From Bdellovibrionales bacterium (lineage in GTDB: Bacteria; Bdellovibrionota; Bdellovibrionia; Bdellovibrionales; JAUICD01): DNA of 64,000 nt. The position numbers and the translations under genes are program-made. The notes under the pieces were generated by a model, which was not told the origin of the DNA, made no database searches, and saw only the letters and a program-made list of their open reading frames with translations. The DNA lies in NCBI GenBank assembly GCA_965262715.1, contig OZ253553.1, forward strand, positions 768,001-832,000, in the 5' to 3' direction. Below, piece after piece: positions 51,341 to 61,281 of the stretch; the stretch's first letter is position 1; the number at the start of each line of letters is the position of its first letter.

Positions 51341-51559
51341 ATGACTATAGAAATGATAATCTTAATAGTCATTACAACATTTGTAGCATTTGGTCCTGAT
51401 GGTGAAAGTGGTATTTTTAAGACACCTTTAAATACTTTTAAAGAGGCAGGTTCTTATCTTGGAGGTCGAATTGAAAGGCAATTAGATACAGCTGCAGGGT
51501 TTCAAGAAAAAGCTCTTGATACTGCAAATCCGGGCAATCGGCTTAATTGGTCTAAATGA
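51341..51559 (+). CDS. Small TadE/pilin-like protein
   Basis: MTIEMIILIVI pseudopilin-like N-terminus; in the Tad locus. Confidence 0.55.
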   Translation: MTIEMIILIVITTFVAFGPDGESGIFKTPLNTFKEAGSYLGGRIERQLDTAAGFQEKALDTANPGNRLNWSK

Positions 51560-51640
51560 AATGAAAGTAAGGAATATTAAGTTATTCATGGTTTTGGGTA
51601 AACTTATAAGATCTCATGAGTTTTATTTTATAGGATTATT

Positions 51641-52162
51641 ATGAATATGAATGAACTATTTATCTCTATATTACTTCCTTCTTTGATCCTGATTATAGGA
51701 GTTGTGGATGATATTTACTTTCGTAAATTTCATAATTGGTTATTTTTATCTCTTTTTGCATTTACTTTATGCTTTTCGATTTTCTTTAATGGATTTGATG
51801 GATTTGTAAAAGGAGCTTATGGACTCGCTCTTGTTTTTGCTCTTACCCTCCCTCTTGTTCTATTAGGCATTTTGGGAGGTGGAGATATGAAGTTACTAAT
51901 GGTTTTTGCTTTAGCCACAAATACACAAGCCGTTTTTAATGTTATTCTTATCTCTTTTTTATGGGGCGGTCTTATGGGCTTTATGTATGTTATTATCTCA
52001 GGTCAATTTACCGAGCTTTTATACAATTTAAAAGGATTGCTTTTTTATCAGATTAAACCTTTAAAGTCATCATTACATGTGATCCCATACACTGTTCCTC
52101 TGTGTTTGGCGTGGTTCACTTACCTTTCTCTAGAGTCTTATGGAGTGCAAATATGGTTTTAA
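51641..52162 (+). CDS. cpaA: Prepilin peptidase CpaA/TadV (A24 family)
   Basis: VVDDIYFRKFHNW and LGGGDMKL aspartate motifs; IPYTVP; multi-TM. Confidence 0.88.
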   Translation: MNMNELFISILLPSLILIIGVVDDIYFRKFHNWLFLSLFAFTLCFSIFFNGFDGFVKGAYGLALVFALTLPLVLLGILGGGDMKLLMVFALATNTQAVFNVILISFLWGGLMGFMYVIISGQFTELLYNLKGLLFYQIKPLKSSLHVIPYTVPLCLAWFTYLSLESYGVQIWF

Positions 52163-52221
52163 ATTTTATAAAACAATATTTTATGAATACATTATTATCT
52201 TTAAAGATAAAAAATTGTTTG

Positions 52222-52521
52222 ATGAAAAAAAATAACTACTACTCATTTTCAAATAAGAAAGGACAAGCTACAGTAGAGATGATTTTGTTATTATCTTTAT
52301 TTCTCCTTTTTTCAGCTACTATATCAACAGTTCTTAAAGATTCAGAAGTTGCAAAAACAATTATTGGCAAACCATGGAAGGTAGTCAGTGGAATGATAGA
52401 AAGTGGAACTTGGCAAGAAAACCCGGGTACCGATATACATCCTTTGCATCCTGCTGTGGATCCTGCTGTGGATTCTGCTGTGGATTCTGTAAAGAGGCGC
52501 TTATCTGTTGAGGGTGAGTGA
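52222..52521 (+). CDS. TadE-like pseudopilin
   Basis: NKKGQATVEMILLL motif; PW..VSGMIESGTW; start uncertain (52155-52222). Confidence 0.7.
   Translation: MKKNNYYSFSNKKGQATVEMILLLSLFLLFSATISTVLKDSEVAKTIIGKPWKVVSGMIESGTWQENPGTDIHPLHPAVDPAVDSAVDSVKRRLSVEGE
52448..52489 (+). repeat. In-frame 12-bp tandem repeat (about 3.5 units)
   Basis: ATCCTGCTGTGG x2, ATTCTGCTGTGG, ATTCTG; encodes PAVD-PAVD-SAVD-SV. Confidence 0.85.
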
Positions 52522-52530
52522 GGTGATTCG

Positions 52531-53100
52531 ATGAAGTTTTTAAAAGATGAAAAAGGAGTTTTAGCTTTTGATTTTTTATTTGGATTAATGATTATGACAG
52601 GTTTTTTTATATTGGTCATCATGCTGAATTTTACACTCTCTGTTATAGAATCGATACAATATATAGCCTTTGCCACTTCTAGAACTTACTATGCAGCTGA
52701 TGAGAATGTTACTAAATCAGAAGAGGCTGCTGAAAAAAAGTACAATGATTTAAAAGAGGAAGGAATGTTAAAATCCTTACTTAGAGAAAAATGGTTTAAA
52801 ATGTCACCAAAACCGGTTTTTAAAAAAGATGGATCAACTAAGGGAGTACGTTTAGATGTTACAGCTAAGGTGTTGTCTTTTAATCTACCTTTTTTCTTAG
52901 GCAATACAGGAGAAGCTAATTCTTTTAAGACAAATGTGAACTCTTATATAGGAAGAGAGCCATCTATGCAGGATTGTATAGATTATAATGAAGTAATTAA
53001 GGATGAAATATTAAATCTTGATTCCTCATATCAGGATTCTACGATTTCTGGCCATATGAAGGCAGCACCTATAATGGCAGCAGGAGATAATGGATGTTAA
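52531..53100 (+). CDS. TadE/TadF-like pseudopilin
   Basis: DEKGVLAFDF plus hydrophobic helix; C-terminal GREP...C...DNGC. Confidence 0.65.
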   Translation: MKFLKDEKGVLAFDFLFGLMIMTGFFILVIMLNFTLSVIESIQYIAFATSRTYYAADENVTKSEEAAEKKYNDLKEEGMLKSLLREKWFKMSPKPVFKKDGSTKGVRLDVTAKVLSFNLPFFLGNTGEANSFKTNVNSYIGREPSMQDCIDYNEVIKDEILNLDSSYQDSTISGHMKAAPIMAAGDNGC

Positions 53101-53594
53101 AGACATGTATTTCAAAAAAATATTTTAAAAAGCAAAAAGGGATGGCCTCTATTGAGGCTGTGGTTTCTATTATACTTTACCTTGCATTGTTGAGTTTTAG
53201 CTTGGGATCTTTTGGTGTAGTCCACTCGGGGATTGTTAATTCTATTGCAGCACGTAATTATGCTTTTGATACCTTCAATAACCGAACATATCTTAAATAT
53301 CATAGAGATACCCTTTTTGGTGGTGGTCTTCACTCTCATAAGAAAAATGGATTTAGGTTGCACACTATTACATCAGAAACAAGTCCGCCAAATAATGAAG
53401 ATTTTATAGCTACAAAAAGATATATTGCTTTTGCAAAAGTACATAATGATAAAGAGAAAGGAAATAATAGTGATGAACATGAAAAAATGGTAGAAGATGC
53501 AAAAGATGGTGTCAATGAAGGTTATTCATTCAACCCTGTATGGGTCAAAGCAGCTTATGGCATTTGTTTAAATGCTAATTGTAAACCTGAATAG
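53094..53594 (+). CDS. TadE-like pseudopilin
   Basis: QKGMASIEA plus hydrophobic helix; SIAARNYAF; terminal GICLNANC. Confidence 0.7.
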   Translation: MLKTCISKKYFKKQKGMASIEAVVSIILYLALLSFSLGSFGVVHSGIVNSIAARNYAFDTFNNRTYLKYHRDTLFGGGLHSHKKNGFRLHTITSETSPPNNEDFIATKRYIAFAKVHNDKEKGNNSDEHEKMVEDAKDGVNEGYSFNPVWVKAAYGICLNANCKPE

Positions 53595-53608
53595 ATAAGG
53601 AGTACAAA

Positions 53609-54433
53609 ATGAACTCAAATCCAACAAGAACATTATTTTTATCTTTAGGTGCTGGTATTTTTGCGATGTTTCTTGTGTACAGTTATTCACAGGAGAAGAA
53701 AGCGGAATATGACAAAAAATATGGTACAACTAAACGTGTTGTAGTGGCCACAACAGAGATTGTAGAAATGCAAACTATAGATGATACAATGGTGGAATAC
53801 AAAGAAGTTCCTATTAGTTTTGTACAACCAGGAGTTGTCACCGACCCAGAAGAAGCGATCAATACTATTGCTGCTACAACTATTTTAAAGGGTGAACAAA
53901 TTCTAAAAACAAAACTCTTAGCCCCAGGGCCTATTACAGGTCTTTCTAGTCAAATTGCTCCTAATAAAAGAGCTGTTACTATTTCTGTGGATGATGTGAG
54001 AGGAGTGGCAAAGCTTTTAAGACCAGGTGATCGTGTTGATATACTGGCATCTTTAACCAGTGGTGATAGCAGAAACCGTAAGGTTGAGGTTAAAACTATT
54101 ATGCAAGATATTGTGATCTTAGCTACAGGCGTGAATATCACAAATAATCTTCCTCGTTCTCCAGAGTTGGAAAATGGAAATTTGATTGGTTTTAGAAATC
54201 TTAATGGAGATACCTCCTTTAGAACAGTGACTTTAGAAGTTAGCCCTAAACAGGCGCAAGATCTCGTGTTTTTGCAGGTGGCATCACCTGGAGGTATCTA
54301 CCTTATATTACGTAATGGGATTGATCGTCAAAACTCAAGGCCTCCAAAAAGTGATATGAATTCTTTATTGGGAAGAGTGGCTACGCAGGCTTATAAACGT
54401 CCACTTGAATCTTTAAAGAAAAGGAATAATTGA
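53609..54433 (+). CDS. cpaB: Flp pilus assembly protein CpaB/RcpC
   Basis: TM, SAF domain (VVVA...I.KGEQI), KRAVTISVD..GVAKLLRPGDRVDI, VTLEVSP.QAQ. Confidence 0.92.
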   Translation: MNSNPTRTLFLSLGAGIFAMFLVYSYSQEKKAEYDKKYGTTKRVVVATTEIVEMQTIDDTMVEYKEVPISFVQPGVVTDPEEAINTIAATTILKGEQILKTKLLAPGPITGLSSQIAPNKRAVTISVDDVRGVAKLLRPGDRVDILASLTSGDSRNRKVEVKTIMQDIVILATGVNITNNLPRSPELENGNLIGFRNLNGDTSFRTVTLEVSPKQAQDLVFLQVASPGGIYLILRNGIDRQNSRPPKSDMNSLLGRVATQAYKRPLESLKKRNN

Positions 54434-54439
54434 TTATTT

Positions 54440-56014
54440 ATGAAAAGCAAAACTATCATTCTTTTTTTACTTATCTGGGTATTTTCTATCGGAAATAATA
54501 CAGATTTTAAAACCTACCTCTCATCAAATTGGGTATCATTTAACTTTGCAAATGCTCAGCAGAATAATGAGCAAAAAAAAGATAGAAAATACATAAATCT
54601 TGTAGTAGGGCTTGATGAAAATATAAAAGTGCCTTCAATGCCAAGAGGATATAAACTTAAAGGAGATTTTAAAAGACTCACATCTGTAACATACGTCAAA
54701 AGTCTTGAAACTTTGCGTTTTTCACCAAAAAAAGTAGGTTCTGCTACTTTGACTATCGAAGATGCTAAAGGCCGTATTATTTCAGAACTTTTTCTGACTA
54801 TTAGAAATAGTGATCTTAACAAAGTGGCGAAGGAGATACAGCTACTTCTTTTTGAAATTGATGGTATCACAGTGAGAATCATTAACAATAAAGTGATTGT
54901 TGATGGACAGGTTTTACTTCCTAAGGAATTAGGCCGTATTTATTCTGTTGTTCAGCAATACGGGGATAAAGCATCTAACCTTGTAACTTTAAGCCCTATT
55001 GCTCAAAGAAAGATTGCAGAGTATATAGAAAGAGATATTAATAATCCACAAATCCATGTAAGAAATGTCAATGGTAAATTTCTTTTAGAGGGCATTGCAG
55101 ATATTGGTTCTACAGCAGAAAATGAAAGAGAAAGAGATCGTGCCGAGGCTATTGCCAAAGTTTACTTTCCTGATATAGAAGTTGTTAAAGGAGAAGGTAA
55201 AGTTATTAAGAGGATTTCATCTCAGCATGTTATTAACCTTATTAGAATACCTCCAGAAGAGCGACCAGCTGCTCAGAAAAAACCACAGGATAAGTTGGTT
55301 CAAATTATTGTTCATTTTGTTGAACTCAGTAAGGATTATGAAAAATTTTTTCGATTTGATTGGACTCCTCAAATTGGTGATAAAACAGGGTATGACTTTA
55401 AGACACAAGGTGGTAGTGGTTTAGGGGGAATTATTGGTTCTATTTCAGGAACTATTTCAAATCTTCTTCCTAAACTCAATTGGGCTAAACAACATGGTCA
55501 TGCCCGTGTCTTACATAGTGCCAGTGTCATGGTAAAAGATAAAAGTCCTGGTACAATCAATTCTACCTCAAAGATCCCTTTTGTGGGTATACAAAGTACT
55601 GGAAATGGTGGAGTAGTTCCTGGAAATCAATTTACAGAACCTGTTGGAATTGAGTCAGTTATTACTCCTAGAATCATAGGAGCTAACGATAATATTCAGC
55701 TAGAAGTGTCTTTTAAAGTTTCAACTCCTAGTTCAGGCTCACCTCCTACTATATCTACAAACTTAATAAAGACAGTTGTGATTGTGAGATCTCGTGAAAG
55801 TGCAGCTATTGGAGGTCTTGTTTCTCAAGTGAGTGCAACAGGTTATAATAAACAGCCTAGAAGCGGTGATAATCCGCTTATATCTCTTTTTGCATCAAAG
55901 GATTTTCGAAGAAGGCAAACACAGTTTGTTGTTTTTGTCACTCCTATCATCAAAGCTTCTGCCAGTTCTGGATCTGACCGTATCAAACATAAATTTCGCC
56001 TTTACAATAATTAG
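54440..56014 (+). CDS. cpaC: Flp pilus secretin CpaC/RcpA with BON-like domains
   Basis: Signal peptide; VIVDGQV and FLLEG BON-like segments; VHFVELSK, GHARVL, AAIGGLV, LF.SK.F, FVVFVTP. Confidence 0.85.
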   Translation: MKSKTIILFLLIWVFSIGNNTDFKTYLSSNWVSFNFANAQQNNEQKKDRKYINLVVGLDENIKVPSMPRGYKLKGDFKRLTSVTYVKSLETLRFSPKKVGSATLTIEDAKGRIISELFLTIRNSDLNKVAKEIQLLLFEIDGITVRIINNKVIVDGQVLLPKELGRIYSVVQQYGDKASNLVTLSPIAQRKIAEYIERDINNPQIHVRNVNGKFLLEGIADIGSTAENERERDRAEAIAKVYFPDIEVVKGEGKVIKRISSQHVINLIRIPPEERPAAQKKPQDKLVQIIVHFVELSKDYEKFFRFDWTPQIGDKTGYDFKTQGGSGLGGIIGSISGTISNLLPKLNWAKQHGHARVLHSASVMVKDKSPGTINSTSKIPFVGIQSTGNGGVVPGNQFTEPVGIESVITPRIIGANDNIQLEVSFKVSTPSSGSPPTISTNLIKTVVIVRSRESAAIGGLVSQVSATGYNKQPRSGDNPLISLFASKDFRRRQTQFVVFVTPIIKASASSGSDRIKHKFRLYNN

Positions 56015-56450
56015 AACCGGTCTCAAAAATAAAGATTTGATAAACATTTCCAGTGATTTATAACTTTATCTAACTACTTTCACTAAAATGCATCTGACCT
56101 CTCGAGGCGAGCCTCGAGAGGCTTGTCTTCTATTCATTTTGAGTAGAAGCAGGATGAAGGAAGTTTTCCTTAACATGATGTAAAAGAACGAAGAGATTCT
56201 CTCTACTTAAAATAAACGGATTTTTGAGGCAATCAGCATTTTCTTGAAGGCGAGAGCCTTCAGGCTGACTGGTAAACAACAATGATTTCCTTAACATTTT
56301 GTTAAACAACGAGGGTAGTCTCCCTCCTAAAAATAGACAAATTTTTTAGGCAATGATCATTTTACGAGGATGTTAGTCGTCGTGATCATTGCCAAAAAAC
56401 AGTCAGAGGCTGGTCTATTTTTAGGGAAATAGATATTAGAAGCCATTTCT
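56012..56450. repeat. Composite repeat cluster: family A end plus three family B modules
   Basis: TAGAACCGGTCTCAAAA at 56012; B modules at about 56078-56148, 56164-56272 and 56286-56430 (AAAATAGAC/GTCTATTTT, GGCAATGATCA/TGATCATTGCC); TAGAAGCCAT at 56437. Confidence 0.8.
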
Positions 56451-56533
56451 TTGGTTTTGCTTACTTTTTTAAGAGCTTGACAGGTCTGTAAAAATAAAGT
56501 TAAGTGAATTCAATTATTTACAAGGGTATCCTC

Positions 56534-57919
56534 ATGGCATCTGTAAAGACTGTTTTTGTTTGTCAAAATTGTGGAAGTCAAAGAAGTAAGTGGGAAGGTA
56601 GATGCACGGACTGTGGCCAGTGGAATACTTTTCATGAGGAAATTATTGATAAACAACCCTCAAAGCAAGGCATAGTGCTTGGAGGCAACACTTCTCAAAT
56701 TATAAAGTCTAGTCAAATACTTAAGGAAGTGGATATTGTTCGTTTTCCCTCTGGTTTTGCGGAACTAGATCGCGTTCTTGGGGGAGGTATAGTTCCTGGT
56801 AGCTTTGTTCTATTAGGAGGAGATCCTGGAATAGGAAAGTCCACATTACTGTTGCAAATGACAGGACATTGCGCAGCTAACAAACAAAAGGTTCTTTATA
56901 TTTCTGCTGAGGAGAGTGTTGGGCAATCTGCACTGAGAGCGCAGAGACTTGGCATCTTTGAAGATGATTTAGAGATCACCAGTGAAAGTAATTTAGATCA
57001 TATTATGACACTTGTTAAAAAGCGTCATCCTGTTTGTTTGATTATAGATTCTATACAGACAGTTTTTACACCTCACATACTTTCTGCCCCTGGTACAGTC
57101 TCTCAAGTGAGAGAATGCGCGGCTTCTTTGATGGGACTTGCTAAAAATGAGGGTATTGCTATTTTTTTAGTGGGTCATGTCACTAAAGAAGGGGAGCTTG
57201 CTGGTCCAAAAGTGTTAGAACATATAGTTGATACTGTATTGTCATTTGAAGGAGATAATAATTACCAATACCGACTATTAAGAACTCTTAAAAACAGATT
57301 TGGCGCAGCTCATGAACTTGGTGTTTTTGAGATGACATCTTCGGGATTACGTGATGTGCAAAACCCCTCAGAAATATTTCTGCAAGATCGCTTAGGAACA
57401 TCTATAGGTTCTGCAGTTATGGCTTCTGTCGAAGGAACACGTCCTGTTTTATGTGAAATACAAGCTCTTTCTGTTAGGTCTTATACGACTCTGCCGCGTA
57501 GAACTTCTTTGGGAATTGATGTCAATCGCTTATTTCTAATTCTTGCTATTTTAGATAAGTTTATGCATTATGATTTTTCCAGAAAAGATGTATTTGTTAA
57601 TGTCGTTGGAGGTTTAAGAATTAAAGAGACAGCTTCAGATTTAAGTGTTTGTGGAGCATTGATTTCATCAGAAATAGGTATTTCTTTGCTTTCCAAGTCT
57701 TGTTTTTTTGGAGAGGTGGGTTTAACAGGTGAAGTTCGAGGTGTAGCATTTGCTGATGTGCGTTTAAAGGAAGCGCAAAAATTAGGGTTTAAAGAATTTT
57801 ATTTACCAAAATCTAACTTAAAGCATATAGAAAAAGAAATAGTGAATAAAGCTAAAATACATGACTTAGATCATATCTCTCAATTAAAAGACTTATTAAC
57901 ATTTGAAAAACTTAAGTAA
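56534..57919 (+). CDS. radA: DNA repair protein RadA/Sms
   Basis: CQNCG...CTDC zinc finger, GGDPGIGKST, IIDSIQT, KNRFG, GEVGLTGEVR. Confidence 0.97.
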   Translation: MASVKTVFVCQNCGSQRSKWEGRCTDCGQWNTFHEEIIDKQPSKQGIVLGGNTSQIIKSSQILKEVDIVRFPSGFAELDRVLGGGIVPGSFVLLGGDPGIGKSTLLLQMTGHCAANKQKVLYISAEESVGQSALRAQRLGIFEDDLEITSESNLDHIMTLVKKRHPVCLIIDSIQTVFTPHILSAPGTVSQVRECAASLMGLAKNEGIAIFLVGHVTKEGELAGPKVLEHIVDTVLSFEGDNNYQYRLLRTLKNRFGAAHELGVFEMTSSGLRDVQNPSEIFLQDRLGTSIGSAVMASVEGTRPVLCEIQALSVRSYTTLPRRTSLGIDVNRLFLILAILDKFMHYDFSRKDVFVNVVGGLRIKETASDLSVCGALISSEIGISLLSKSCFFGEVGLTGEVRGVAFADVRLKEAQKLGFKEFYLPKSNLKHIEKEIVNKAKIHDLDHISQLKDLLTFEKLK

Positions 57920-57934
57920 AGGGAGACATTTTTA

Positions 57935-58498
57935 ATGGTAGATTTTTCTTTATATAAAAACCTTCCTAATTCCTTAACAATCATGCGTATTCTACTCACT
58001 CCGGTGATTGTTGTTTGTTTATATTTTGAAACAGGTTTTTGGAATAACATAGCTGTCTTCTTTTTTATCATGGCTTCTATCACAGATTACTTTGATGGTT
58101 ATTTAGCAAGAAGGTATCAACTCAAATCCACATTTGGACAACTGATAGATCCTGTAGCTGATAAAATCTTGATAAACAGTGTATTGATCATGTTAGTTGC
58201 ATTAGGACAGTTAGATGCTGCCATAGTTATTGTATTTATGATCAGGGATACTTTTGTGCAAGGAGTGCGCTCATGTGCTGCTGCTGAAAACTTGATCATT
58301 GAAGCTGTTGTTATTGGAAAATGGAAAACCTTATTTCAAATGATAGGATTAGTTGCAATCATTATAAATTTGCCATTTATTACGCTACCTCTTTACCAAA
58401 TAGGTTATGGTCTGCTTTGTCTTAGTGTTATCTTAAGTCTTATTTCAGGATATCAATATTGTTTTTGTTATTATAAGAATACATTTAAAAAAAACTAG
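57935..58498 (+). CDS. pgsA: CDP-diacylglycerol--glycerol-3-phosphate 3-phosphatidyltransferase
   Basis: NLPNSLT..R, TDYFDGYLARR, FG..IDPVADK, GKWKT..QM. Confidence 0.93.
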   Translation: MVDFSLYKNLPNSLTIMRILLTPVIVVCLYFETGFWNNIAVFFFIMASITDYFDGYLARRYQLKSTFGQLIDPVADKILINSVLIMLVALGQLDAAIVIVFMIRDTFVQGVRSCAAAENLIIEAVVIGKWKTLFQMIGLVAIIINLPFITLPLYQIGYGLLCLSVILSLISGYQYCFCYYKNTFKKN

Positions 58499-58651
58499 AA
58501 GCGGTCTCAAAAATAAAATATTTGCATTTTACAATATCTCTATTCCGGGATATGGCAGTCCGGCAAACAGGCAATCACTTCCCGTCAAACTGTTTCACGG
58601 ATTGCCCGACTGCCAGATTTCCGGAATATTTGTACATATTGAGGTAACAGC
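58496..58651. repeat. Family A end plus family C hairpin element between convergent genes
   Basis: TAGAAGCGGTCTCAAAA; TATTCCGGGATATGGCAGTCCGGCAA ... TTGCCCGACTGCCAGATTTCCGGAATA inverted repeat; TGTACATATTGAGGTAACA end. Confidence 0.75.
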
Positions 58652-58927
58652 TTATTTTTTAAGATATGATTCAAAGGGAATATGAGGGTCTTTTTGATTC
58701 CATACAGATGGACTTGATTGTAAAATAGATCTGAAAAGAAATCGGATATCTGTCCATTTATCGTTTAGAATTAGAGATAGAGGAACATGTACAACTCTTC
58801 TATCTTGAATAAAATGTAGATGTTGATCTTTTGCGATAACTTTGAATTTATCTAACTGAAAAGCATCTAAGATATTGCAGGCCATTTGTTTTTGCTGCTC
58901 TGTCATTTGGCTATCTAAACTGTTCAT
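58652..58927 (-). CDS. Hypothetical protein
   Basis: 91-aa ORF with an AAGAGG RBS; no recognised motif. Confidence 0.55.
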   Translation of the reverse strand: MNSLDSQMTEQQKQMACNILDAFQLDKFKVIAKDQHLHFIQDRRVVHVPLSLILNDKWTDIRFLFRSILQSSPSVWNQKDPHIPFESYLKK

Positions 58928-59009
58928 TTAAAAAAACCTCTTACTTGTTTGAAAATTATGTCAATGATATTTTCTTATCATAGTATCACCTTATTAACAA
59001 CTAGTTTAC

Positions 59010-59364
59010 TAGAAGCCATCTCAAAAATAAAGTTTTATATCACCCGTTCAGAAATAAAAGCATTTCCCTTAACATTGCGTAAAAAAATGAAAGATATCTA
59101 CCCTACTCAAAATAAACGGATTTTTGAGGTAGTCAGCATTTTACTGACAGGAATACATCCCATAGGAATAGATCCCGTAGGGATACATCCCGTAGTGTGA
59201 ATGGTCAGGCTGGTTACCCAAAAACAACCAAAGTTTCACCTCGGGAGGTTCACCTCGGGAGGTTCACCTCGAGAGGCTAGCCTCGAGAGGCCAGTTCATT
59301 TTTAGAGAAACAGGTTGTTTTGAAAAAAACATGGACATTAGAATTAATTTTGAAATGAGTTCTA
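59010..59364. repeat. Family A element enclosing an expanded family B module
   Basis: TAGAAGCCATCTCAAAA ... TTTTGAAATGAGTTCTA ends; B module about 59062-59314 with 3x15-bp (59149-59193) and 4x14-bp (59235-59290) tandem units. Confidence 0.8.
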
Positions 59365-59365
59365 T

Positions 59366-61210
59366 TTAAAATTGAGTGCTAATCCCTAACCATTTGGCTT
59401 GTAGTCTTAAAAGAGGTTTATAATTTTTTGATAAATCATAGGCTTCCTGAAAATATTCTTTTGCTGCAATGCGGTTTTGTTCTATTTCACTAATGCGAGC
59501 AAAACTGGTTTTGATTTGGAGTTGAAAAAGGCCTGATAGTAGTAAGTTGTCTAAAAGCGTTTTTCTAACTTCTATATCTTTTATACTAGTAGAATTGGTA
59601 CATAAGCGTTCTTGTAATAAGATTGCCAGATGATATTCATGTCGCTTGAGTATTCTGCAGGCTTGTTCCACAAAACCTGATTTATGATCTATATAAGCAG
59701 ATAAGGTTTGAATTTTTTGATTACTTTCGTCTAAATTAAGAGCTTCATTGATCTGATTTTTACCTTCTTGTTTATTTCCTGTTTTAAAATTCAAAAACCC
59801 GTAAACAGCAAGTAGAATAGGATCTTTTCCCCATTCAGCAAAATTTTTAATTTCATTAAAAATGAACATAATGGTATTTGACCAAAGTAATTCATCGAGA
59901 TAATAGTAAAGTGGACTGTGAAAATGCTGATCTGTTAAATCTAAGTCTAATTCTAAAATATCTTTTAGTAAGTCTTCACTAATGTCTGTCTCGCCTAATA
60001 GTAGCCGTAATAATGCTCTCATTATTAATGCTTCTAATTTGAAATCATAGGTTCTTTCTTGATATTCTTCTAAAGAAACAGCTAAATCATCTAAATCTTC
60101 ATCATTTATATCACCTCCTGAGTTTTGTTCATTGCCTTCTTCTTTAGCTTTTAAGCTCAAATAACTTTTAGCGGCATTTGCAGCTCGATGTAGTAGTAAG
60201 ATGCCCTCAAATTTAGAATAATCCTCAGGTGGAGTGTTAGCTGAAGTTATGATATCTGAACTGTATTGTTCTGCTGCTTTTTTATATTCTTCATTTAAAA
60301 AATAAAGAGTGCCTAGATTAATGATGGCAGGGAGAAAAGATGGATTTTGCTCGAGCGTATTATTAAGGTTTTGCATTGCTTTGGAAAGTTCTTTTGTTTG
60401 TAGATCGATCAAAGCCATATAGTGATATATACGATATTTTACATTTGATACTGTATTTAATGATTTATCATGTAGAAGTCTTCTGGCTTCTACATACTTT
60501 TTTTGAAGAATAAGAACTTCTATTAAATGGGAAAAAGCTTGCAGATGATTTGGTGCTGAACTTAAAATACGTCTAAGGTCTCTTAGTGAGTTCTCATAAT
60601 GCCCAAGTTTTATATTTATTGTAGATCGATCGAAGAGCATTTTATTTGTTTTTTCTGTTCCAGCTTTTTGCTGCACTATAAATTGTTGTTGAGAATAAAA
60701 TAAGTAAGCTCCAATTGATATAAGCCCTATCAGTAGAAGGAGTGGTTTTTGTATAGATTTATATTTTTTAAATAAAGTAGATGTTTCTAATATCTCTACA
60801 GGTTTTGGCTTTTTCTCTATTTTCTTTTTTTCAGCAACAGAGGCTTTTTTTCGAACGATTCTCTTCTTATCAATAGTGGTACTTGCAGGTAGCTTCTTAT
60901 AGGGTAATCTTGATGTTCCTTTTGGCTTTTGTACAGTGATGTCAAAAAAACCAGTAACAGAAGGGTCCACTTGGTCGATCTTTTCTGTGGCATCTGTGTG
61001 TTCTATTCTGCTAATTTCTGTATGATCACTAATTTTAAACAGAAGGTTAAACTCTTCACAATTTTTTAGAAATCCAAATCTTGAAAAAGGAGCGGCTATT
61101 TGATCTGTTTCTAAGATCTCTTTATTATTGATCTGAGCAATAATTTCTGCTTGATTGAAAGGACCAAGAATTTGTGATCCTTCCTTAATAATCCAAATTT
61201 TATCACTCAA
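59366..61210 (-). CDS. TPR-repeat membrane-anchored protein with N-terminal GYF-like domain
   Basis: WIIK...ILGPF N-terminus, single TM, TPR-like helices (PAIINLGTLYF..EYKKAAEQY); TTG start. Confidence 0.7.
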   Translation of the reverse strand: MSDKIWIIKEGSQILGPFNQAEIIAQINNKEILETDQIAAPFSRFGFLKNCEEFNLLFKISDHTEISRIEHTDATEKIDQVDPSVTGFFDITVQKPKGTSRLPYKKLPASTTIDKKRIVRKKASVAEKKKIEKKPKPVEILETSTLFKKYKSIQKPLLLLIGLISIGAYLFYSQQQFIVQQKAGTEKTNKMLFDRSTINIKLGHYENSLRDLRRILSSAPNHLQAFSHLIEVLILQKKYVEARRLLHDKSLNTVSNVKYRIYHYMALIDLQTKELSKAMQNLNNTLEQNPSFLPAIINLGTLYFLNEEYKKAAEQYSSDIITSANTPPEDYSKFEGILLLHRAANAAKSYLSLKAKEEGNEQNSGGDINDEDLDDLAVSLEEYQERTYDFKLEALIMRALLRLLLGETDISEDLLKDILELDLDLTDQHFHSPLYYYLDELLWSNTIMFIFNEIKNFAEWGKDPILLAVYGFLNFKTGNKQEGKNQINEALNLDESNQKIQTLSAYIDHKSGFVEQACRILKRHEYHLAILLQERLCTNSTSIKDIEVRKTLLDNLLLSGLFQLQIKTSFARISEIEQNRIAAKEYFQEAYDLSKNYKPLLRLQAKWLGISTQF

Positions 61211-61281
61211 ACTTTAAATTCCTTTAATGAGGTTAGGGTTTATAAGAAGAGTTTATAGAACAATTGTATAAAATTCAATTC

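Noticed and set aside
58949..59200. 83-aa ORF with GIHP repeats
   Set aside because: Lies largely within family A/B repeat sequence; the peptide repeats simply reflect the 15-bp DNA units
59149..59290. CRISPR-like array
   Set aside because: Units are 14-15 bp and directly adjacent with no unique spacers; no cas genes in the window
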